Below, in pieces: positions 46,941 to 54,503 of a stretch of DNA of 54,503 nt. The notes beneath the pieces are model-generated. The model was not told where the DNA came from. It searched no databases and saw only the letters and a program-made list of their open reading frames with translations. The translations under genes and the position numbers were made by a program. How positions within the stretch are numbered: position 1 is the stretch's first letter; every line of letters starts with the position of its first letter. The DNA comes from Catajapyx aquilonaris (taxonomy: Eukaryota), in NCBI GenBank assembly GCA_000934665.2, contig KZ538757.1, forward strand, positions 1-54,503. The letters run 5' to 3'.

Positions 46941-49900
46941 GTATCCTTTCAGTGTGTGTTCATAGCTCTACTTGACATGTCATGATTTGAGCTCACAATA
47001 CTTCAACTGAGGATTACAATAAGTGCGTGAGAACGTATGGTTAATTCACCAGTTCTTTTTCAGGGTTTGAGTGCTCAGCATTATGGGTTTTGCCTAATTT
47101 ATGTACAGTGTAAGGTCAAAAGTTGCAGCCCTCCTCGTAGGGACATGACATAAGGATGTTCTCTCAAGCCAAATTAGGCTACAATATTATCGCTGTGATT
47201 GCACTCTGATATAGGGAAATGTATAGTTCTATTTGTCACATTTTTCATTTGTTCCATGTACTTGTTGCCTGCAGAAAGTCATTTGCCTGCAAAAAAAAGG
47301 GGGTGGGGTTATGTAGTTGGTCAAACTGGGAGTTTATTGCATTTAGAGCTCGGATGGATGAGTCAATTAGCAGCCAATAGTTTTTATAACCACCAAGAGT
47401 CACTTGCAAAGTAATTGCTTAAAAATAAGCAGATTATGGTGTAAAATTGCTAACTGAAGCAGACATCATAATTGGAACACACATGTGCTTACATTGCCTT
47501 ATGTTGTGGTCTCTGATCCTATTATCATGTAACTTCAGAATGTGTTACATCCATTTGTGCTTCATATTGTAAGAACCCATTAGAAATATGGTATGAGTAA
47601 GTAGACAAACTCAAACAAGTCATGAAGTCATCCTTAACACTTTACCAGAGGTTTGGATAATGCAGGCAAAACTACCCTGTTGAAGCGATTCATTGGTGAT
47701 GACATATCTACCATCTCACCCACCCTAGGGTTCAACATAAAGACATTGGAGCACTTGGGGTAAGTTGTACAGGGTGTTTCACTAGGTAGTCCCCCCAAAG
47801 AACTGGATATAATTTTCTTGCCACTCTACCTAGAAACATGATGTTTGGTTTAAAAGTTACCTTAGTTCATGGGAATGTAGCACCATTCACAATAAGTGCT
47901 GGAGTTGACCTCCACAGACATACAGACAAACTCGAACACCATGCCACGCGACACTCCTTATTATCGCAGGTCCTCCACAGCATATCAACATCAATAGTCT
48001 GGATAGCTGCACTGAGTGTTTTGAACCAATACAGTGACAGATGACCTCCCTTAGAGGAAGAAAAAAATTACACAGGCTCTGGCATCACCAAAAAAAGTCA
48101 ATACGACATTTGTCACAAGAAACTGTGATTTATGTTTCCATCTGCCAAAGAGCCCCTTCATCTCGTGCAGAGTTGGGTCGTGTCTGGCTTCGTCTCAAGT
48201 GGAATCTCCGCTAGACTAATCCACCCGGGGGAGTTCACAAAATGTACCGTTTGAGGCATTGCACTTGCACTTTGCACATCCCCTCCCAGTCACCCTGCCG
48301 TTGGACCAGGGTGATTCGTGAAAAGGTTTCCCCAAAAGGGCCAAAGATAGTCCAGTGGGGTTATTTGGAGTTGTGCTTACAAAAAGAAGCCTTGACATTA
48401 GAAGACTTGGAAAGCAACATCAGTGCAGCTGTCCCAACCATTGATGAGGATATGCTGCAGAAGAACTAAGATAATATGGAGTGTCAAGTCATGTTGCTTT
48501 CAAGTGTGTCCGTATGTTGGTGGAGGACAACTCCAGCACTTATTGTGAATGGTGCTATGTTTCCATGAATTTAAACTAAACTTCATGTTTCTAGGTAGAG
48601 TGGGAAGAAAAATATAGCCAGTTCTTTGGGGGATGACCTAGTGAAACACACTGTATAATTGGCTTCAGTGCAGGAAAAAAAAACTAACTGCCCTGTCTCC
48701 AGGTACAAGTTGAACATATGGGATGTTGGAGGCCAGAAGTCCATTAGGTCATACTGGCGGAACTATTTTGAATCCACTGATGGACTCATTTGGGTTGTTG
48801 ATAGTGCAGACAAGCGCAGACTGCATGACTGCAGGGTTGAACTGCACAACCTCCTGCAGGAGGAGGTAATTATGGTCTATGTTTTCTCTTCTTAAGCTTT
48901 ACACCTAAGCAAGTTACTTTCAAGAGGAAATAAGGCCCTGGTCACACTAGACGGAAATTCTGTCGCCGAATGATTTTGCAACTTTTTTCCACGCGGAATT
49001 TCCGTCGACCGTGCTGCCACCTTGCTGCCCTTTCAGCTACCAATCCCCTGGTTTCCATGCCGGAAAAGCCCCTTTTTCCATTGGTAGTGTGGCCTTCCCC
49101 CGGCGGAATCAATGTATTGCAATGGGATTATTGTCCCCGACCGAATCGGCGGCCGATCCGTCGTGTCTTTGGCTGGTGCTCGACGGAAGGACGGAAAATC
49201 CGTCGTGTGGGTCTCATCCCGACGGAATCCCGTTTACTTCCATGTGTTTGACATTTTTGACTGAAAATGACGGAATGTCCGTCGCGGAAATTCCGTCTAG
49301 TGTGGCCGGGGCCTAAGACTTCTAGTCCGGACCCGAAACGTTTTCACTCTGCACTTTGTAATAAGAAGGTGCCACTTGGCAGACATGTTCTCTAGGCCTA
49401 TAGGAGCCATTTGAGAGATGGCACCACCTGATCAGCTCCTTAGGTCAAAAAGAAAAAAAGAAACATTGCATGTCCTCTGCATATACCCCAGTTTCCAGGA
49501 AATTCTGCAGTTGACAGTTATTCGCTATAGTCAGGGTCCATTGTGGACAGGTGTCACCTCATGGCTTTTTAATACAGCGGCAGAGTGAATCTGCATCATT
49601 TTCTGCGATTCTCATGTGGTTTTATCCTACTTTTATGGCATTTCCATGTTTTGAGCCTCATGGGTTGGCATTCTTGGCAACACCGCATAACTCGGGACCT
49701 AAGGGGCCGATCAGGTGGCTACATCTCTCAAGTGGCTCCTATAGGCCTAGGAAACATGTGTGCCAAGTGGCACATTCTTATCACAAAGTGCAAAGTTAAA
49801 AACACTCAGGTCATCCTGGACCAGGTTGGCAACACCACATAAATCACGACCTAAGGGGCCGATCAGGTGTCACCAACTCTGAAATGGCTCTTATAGGCCT

Positions 49901-51524
49901 AGGGAACATATGTGCCAAGTGGCACCTTCGTATCACAAAGTGCAGAGTTAGGTCTGATTTTTGCGCTTAGGTCCCGTACTAAGCTATCACCTATTGTGTA
50001 ATCTTACCATACTACCTCGCCTAAAAGGGCATGCCTATGTAGATGAGGTTGACCAGTTTTTAGAAATTCATGATCTGATGGCTTTACCATGGCATGCTAT
50101 CAAAATCATTACAAAAAACTTGACAAGGATCAAAATTATGGAAATCATCCTTGGTTTTTGCAACAAGCCGGCCACCCTCAGGTTATACCGGCATGTGGGT
50201 ATGCCGCTTTGAGGTAATACGGTTATTATATTGTGGATTTTGTTTCTCGTGAACAAGAGTAGACGTTAGGTGAGGCGCTGCAGGTATAATTAACATAAAT
50301 CTGAAGGAATCTGCCAAAGTATGTAGTATTTGCCAGATCTAGAAATGTTCCATTGTTTAGTCAGCCTGGCTGATTTTGAGTACCTGTTTTTTTCTCTTCC
50401 TCTTGAACGCAGTATTTTCTATGGCTAATAAGAAAGGCTTCAAGATAATTGTTGAATACACCAAACATTATCATACTGCCTGATGTTAAATAATGCTTCT
50501 GCCGAGGCTTCTGCAGTCCATAGATGGAAGGACCTAGCATTTCATAGTTGCAAAATGTATAGAAAGAATAATGTAGCTGTGAAATATGCTGTTGTGGGTC
50601 ACTGCTCTGCTAAGTGAAACTGAAATTGATGAGAATTTTTGATCAGATTGTCTGCAATAAAATTAAACAATGCACATTTTGTTTAACAGAGGCTGGTAGG
50701 GGCTTCTCTCCTGGTGCTGGCCAACAAACGGGACATTATAGGCTCCTACTCCGAGGAAGAAGTTGCTCAGGTTAGTTTCATAGTGTCACATGTGGTACCA
50801 GCCCCCTGACACAGCCCACCTACATGTATGGTGACGGTAGGTTAACACCTGTGTCCTGGCCAGACGGCGCTGATGGCGAATGTCCCTCCATTCTCTGCTG
50901 CCATCTTGAAGACCCATTCCGGTTGGCTTGCAAGTCAATCTGCCTACGGGTGGGTGCCAAAAAAAATATGCCGAAAAATAAGTACGGTACTGCTCGGTAC
51001 TGGTAGCTATCTTTAGTCATGTCTAAATAAAATAAATAGTACACTTACAATGCTCTTTTACAATCACCTCCTGCTCGCTTGACATTTTTGGTGTGTCCAG
51101 AATGCCTTCTGCACATTTACCGAGCATTGTAAGTGTACTATTTATTTCATTTAGACATGACTAAAGATAGCTAGCAGTACCGAGCAATACCGTACTTATT
51201 TTTCGGCATTTTTTTTTTTGGCACCCACCCGTAGGCAGATTGACTTGCCAGCCAACCGGAATGGGTCTTCAAGATGGCGGCAGAGAATGGAGGGACATTC
51301 GCCATCAGCGCCGTCTGGCCAGGACACAGGTGTTAACCTACCGTATTCGAGGAGTGTCATAGGCCTATTTAATAACTACTCTGTTTCAGGCCCTGGGTCT
51401 CAAGGATATCAAGACTCACCATTGGGCCATCATGTCATGCAGTGCTGCAACAGGGGAAAACATTCTGCCTGGTGTGGACTGGCTTGTTGAGGACATGGTT
51501 AGGCGAGTGTTCACTCTAGACTGA
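46876..51524 (+). CDS. ARL2: ADP-ribosylation factor-like protein 2, 5 coding exons, 184 aa
   Basis: Exons 46876-46940, 47649-47759, 48703-48865, 50690-50770 and 51390-51524 total 555 nt. Motifs MGLLTILRK...GLDNAGKTT...PTLGFNIKT...[31 protein letters not shown]...NKRD...CSA...RVFTLD*. AATAAA at 51840-51845. Confidence 0.95.
46941..47648 (+). other. U12-type (minor spliceosome) GT-AG intron, ARL2 intron 1
   Basis: 5' site GTATCCTTT. Branch site TCCTTAAC at 47631-47638, ending 10 nt before the intron end at 47648. No long polypyrimidine tract. Confidence 0.9.
47649..47759 (+). CDS. ARL2: ARL2 exon 2 (P-loop, switch I)
   Basis: [37 protein letters not shown], gtaagt donor. Confidence 0.95.
47768..48655 (+). 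mobile_element. Deleted Tc1/mariner-superfamily element with a truncated SINE A (about 48152-48340) in ARL2 intron 2
   Basis: TA-CAGGGTGTTTCACTAGG TIRs of about 70 bp and transposase C-terminal remnant WGYL...[22 protein letters not shown]. Confidence 0.85.
48703..48865 (+). CDS. ARL2: ARL2 exon 3 (switch II)
   Basis: [40 protein letters not shown]...LLQEE. Confidence 0.96.
48934..49313. mobile_element. PIF/Harbinger MITE
   Basis: TAA|GGCCCTGGTCACACTAGACGGAA...TTCCGTCTAGTGTGGCCGGGGCC|TAA. Confidence 0.88.
50690..50770 (+). CDS. ARL2: ARL2 exon 4 (NKxD)
   Basis: [27 protein letters not shown], aacag acceptor and gttagt donor. Confidence 0.93.
50834..51344. mobile_element. Palindromic MITE in ARL2 intron 4
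   Basis: Near-perfect arms of about 220 bp (acggtaggttaacacc... / ...ggtgttaacctaccgt) around a loop of about 65 nt. Confidence 0.92.
51390..51524 (+). CDS. ARL2: ARL2 exon 5
   Basis: [44 protein letters not shown]. Confidence 0.93.
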   Translation, partial: ALGLKDIKTHHWAIMSCSAATGENILPGVDWLVEDMVRRVFTLD

Positions 51525-51736
51525 AGAAACCCAGCATTCAATGATAAATTGAGGAGCAGATCACAGGTAAATTTTACACGAGTGTTCACTCTAAACTGAA
51601 GAAACCCAGCATTCAATGATAAATTGAGGAGCAGATCACAGGTAAATTTTACACGAGTGTTCACTCTAAACTGAAGAAACCCAGCATTCAATGATAAATT
51701 GAGGAGCGGATCACAGGTAAATTTTCCACGAGTGTT
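51504..51736 (+). repeat. 75-bp tandem triplication across the ARL2 stop codon
   Basis: cgagtgtt anchors at 51504, 51579, 51654 and 51729. Confidence 0.95.
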
Positions 51737-53083
51737 TGGAGATAATTTTTTATGGAATGATAGCAATCTGTAAAAAGTATTAAGGATGATCTAAAGAATT
51801 TTGTCAGTGCGCATTACAATCCTTATAACATGGATCATAAATAAACATTGTATGAGGCTCTGAATAGTGTTATTACTAAATCAGTGTGAAGACTTGGTGA
51901 AGATATGAAAATATGCTTTGCTGCAATAGCTATAACAACCTAACTTGCAACCAAGAATCAACAATGGCACCTACAGAACTTGCCTGCTCCTTCTGCTCTG
52001 GTAGCTTCATTGTCATCAGGATTACTCACTTTCCAGCTACTAATGAGGATATATCAGGTAATGGAAAGGGGAGTTGGCAGGTGGTGGGAAGAGTGGCAAC
52101 TGTTGCTCGTATGAGTGACTTTTCTTAATGCATAATGTATCAGAATTGTTGTGGAGATTGCACATTAACCTTGTTATATGAAGAGGCATGTTCAGTGCAT
52201 GTCAATAGCAACAGCGTTAGGGAATTCAATGTCCCAATAATGATTATAGTACACCATATTCCCGATTATCCAGGTGCAGATTATCCGTGTTTTGGATTAT
52301 CAGTGCATGGCTAAAACAATGTCCGAGAAAATTGCAATTTTTCTCACGAAGAAATGTAACGTACTTTTTCCAGAAGACAACTACAAATCGACAGAAATTT
52401 GTCTAATGTTGATTAAATCTTATTTCAAGCATAATACGGTATGTAGAGTCGTTCATTTAAAACCTGTGAATAGCTGTTTTACGGTATCTAGGACCATTTT
52501 ACGATTATCCTTGTTTTCCGATTATCAGGCGACACCCGTGCAGCCATTCTCCAGATTATGGGAAGTACAGCATATGTAGAACTGGATAATTTCATTCTGC
52601 CTTCCTCTGCACATCTCACTGCCACTGTGGTTTGAAGCATTATTATATCTGTCTTACCATCATGCCATAAGAGGATCATTGCAGAACTGAGAAAATGGAA
52701 TCAGGAATGTAAAGAACTGCCTTTATTTTTCATGATGATATTTCAACTGCTGCTCACTTGTCACAGTAGTACAAAAACTGCATGTGAATATCTTCTTTTA
52801 TTGCTTCTGTAGATGTAGGTTGATCCCAGACTCTATCAAGAATGCCATAATTCCCTCTGAGTATTCCCCCCTCCCCTCTCATTTAAATTCAGTTAATGCT
52901 AGCCGCAACTCTTATCATCATGGGTTTATTAATGCAGTCAACTCCGGATATATCAGACTTCAAGGGACCATGAAAATCAGTATCTTACAACCAAGGTTTC
53001 GTATACATCCAAATAACCACTTTTGCAATGAATACACGAAGTTCCCTGCCTGCTGTATGCCTTTAATGCACACTAACTTACTG

Positions 53084-53432
53084 TACAGGTAGTCCCTAGT
53101 CTATGAACGGGGTTACGTTCCTGAAAATGTCCATAAGTCGGATTTGTACGTAACTCAGATCCCTGAGGAACAGCGCATATATGCAGAATCAAAATTCTGA
53201 TCCAACGAACCGCTAACGTCGCATGTGTCTGTTTTCATGAGTGAAGAACGTAGTTTCCGAATTATTTATTAATTACGCAGTATTTATGTTGAACTTGGTG
53301 TAGGTCAAAGTACGTAGAGGTGATTAAAAGTGGAAGAATAATTTTAACATTTCCTTCTGTGGAGCCTTGGGAGCCAGTTCGTAAGTATGGATCGCCGTAA
53401 GTCGGGTTGTTCGTAAACCGGGGAATACCTGT
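53084..53432. mobile_element. pogo/Tigger-type MITE
   Basis: TACAGGTAGTCCC...GGGGAATACCTGTA. Confidence 0.75.
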
Positions 53433-53782
53433 ATATGGATTAATGAAACTATTCACAAAAGTGCAAAATTAGCTCGCCTGGTAAATTACGCAAGACCAAA
53501 AAATTCTATTATTTTCTTCTGCCTTCTTGTTGCCAAATACACCACCTCAATGTCACGCTCCAGTTGGCTGATCCCTGTCCATGACTTTGTCTGCTGCATC
53601 TTCATATTCAAAAAATTGGGAGATAACTTTTACTGTCTGTAAAGCTTCACTATTGTTGGCAGGCAGATGTCTTCGAAGTCAGCAATGTCTTCATCCTCAT
53701 CAATTGTTAGAAGGCCTAACTCCTGCCGAGTCTTATTCACTTCCATTACAATGTCCGTTTCAGTCAGGAACTCTGTTGTAAT

Positions 53783-54112
53783 TGTAATTTTTATATTTAT
53801 ATTTTTTATTTTACCCCCCACCATCAGTTTTCTAGTGTTTGTGCAACTTTTTCTTCATTCTCTGGTGCAAGGAAACAAGTACATTGGGTAAGGATAGGGA
53901 TTTTTCGGGGAGGGGACACTTGTGCAGGTACAATGTCTTAAACGTTTAGGTCATGTGCAGTCCCCCAGGAGGTTAGGTTGCCAGACACCTCCAAGGTGCA
54001 GGACAGAGACCCTCCTGACGCAGGTGAAAGGGAACTCCCCAGGCGGGGATCGAACCTGGGACCTTTCACTCAGCAAGCCGAGACGTTACCATCTCGGCCA
54101 CCACACCTCCCC
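53783..54112 (-). mobile_element. SINE family B
   Basis: 14-bp TSD AACTCTGTTGTAAT. Confidence 0.9.
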
Positions 54113-54503
54113 AACTCTGTTGTAATGAGCTCTTGGTCCATTGTCTCAAAAGCATTGGGTTTGGAAACATCTTGAAAATTTTTAAAGCCATGCCCACTCA
54201 GTAAGGGAATGATCATCGTTATCTTCTTCACCAGGCTTATTGACTGACAATGATGGAAAAGCTCTGGCAATCGTGGTTCTCGTCACTTTCCCATGCTTTC
54301 AGCAGCATCTGGACAACGCATTAATGCTAAACTACAGGGTGTCCCTAAATGATTGTCAACTTTTGAAAGCTGCTTAATTTCTATTAGTTGCGGTGTGCAA
54401 TGACAAGACATATACAGGGTGTATCTGAACTCAGTGCCCCGACGTATATGACTGCCTTCCTAGCCACCAGAGGATCGATTTAAGTATAGGAGTCATTATG
54501 TTT

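Noticed and set aside
46876..51524. ARL3 or ARF assignment
   Set aside because: [37 protein letters not shown] and the 184-aa length fit ARL2.
51416..51766. Minus-strand 116-aa repeat protein
   Set aside because: It is the antisense reading of the 75-bp triplication.

Overview
Eukaryotic animal genomic DNA, probably arthropod (inferred), very rich in transposons and with two N-gaps. It holds two intact spliced genes arranged head-to-head with 347 bp between start codons. RPS6KC1-like (PX-MIT-split pseudokinase) is on the minus strand with 10 coding exons, 46528->25888, 869 aa. ARL2 is on the plus strand with 5 coding exons, 46876->51524, 184 aa; its first intron has U12 (minor spliceosome) signals and its stop codon lies in a 75-bp tandem triplication. 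Left of about 15 kb I read, by eye, a decayed intron-containing TEX11/ZIP4-like meiotic gene on the plus strand, with in-frame stops and TE insertions in its exons. It is overlaid by P-element, Sola2-like and piggyBac remnants, and the piggyBac remnant appears to carry a captured C2H2 zinc-finger exon. The rest is a TE mosaic: four tRNA-derived SINE families that swap heads and tails, many fully palindromic TA-flanked MITEs (several intronic), hAT, PIF and MULE MITEs with clean TSDs, a Helitron, foldback-type elements, and a nested mariner/CC..GG element/Gypsy composite. All protein and TE-family assignments rest on remembered motifs, not database searches.
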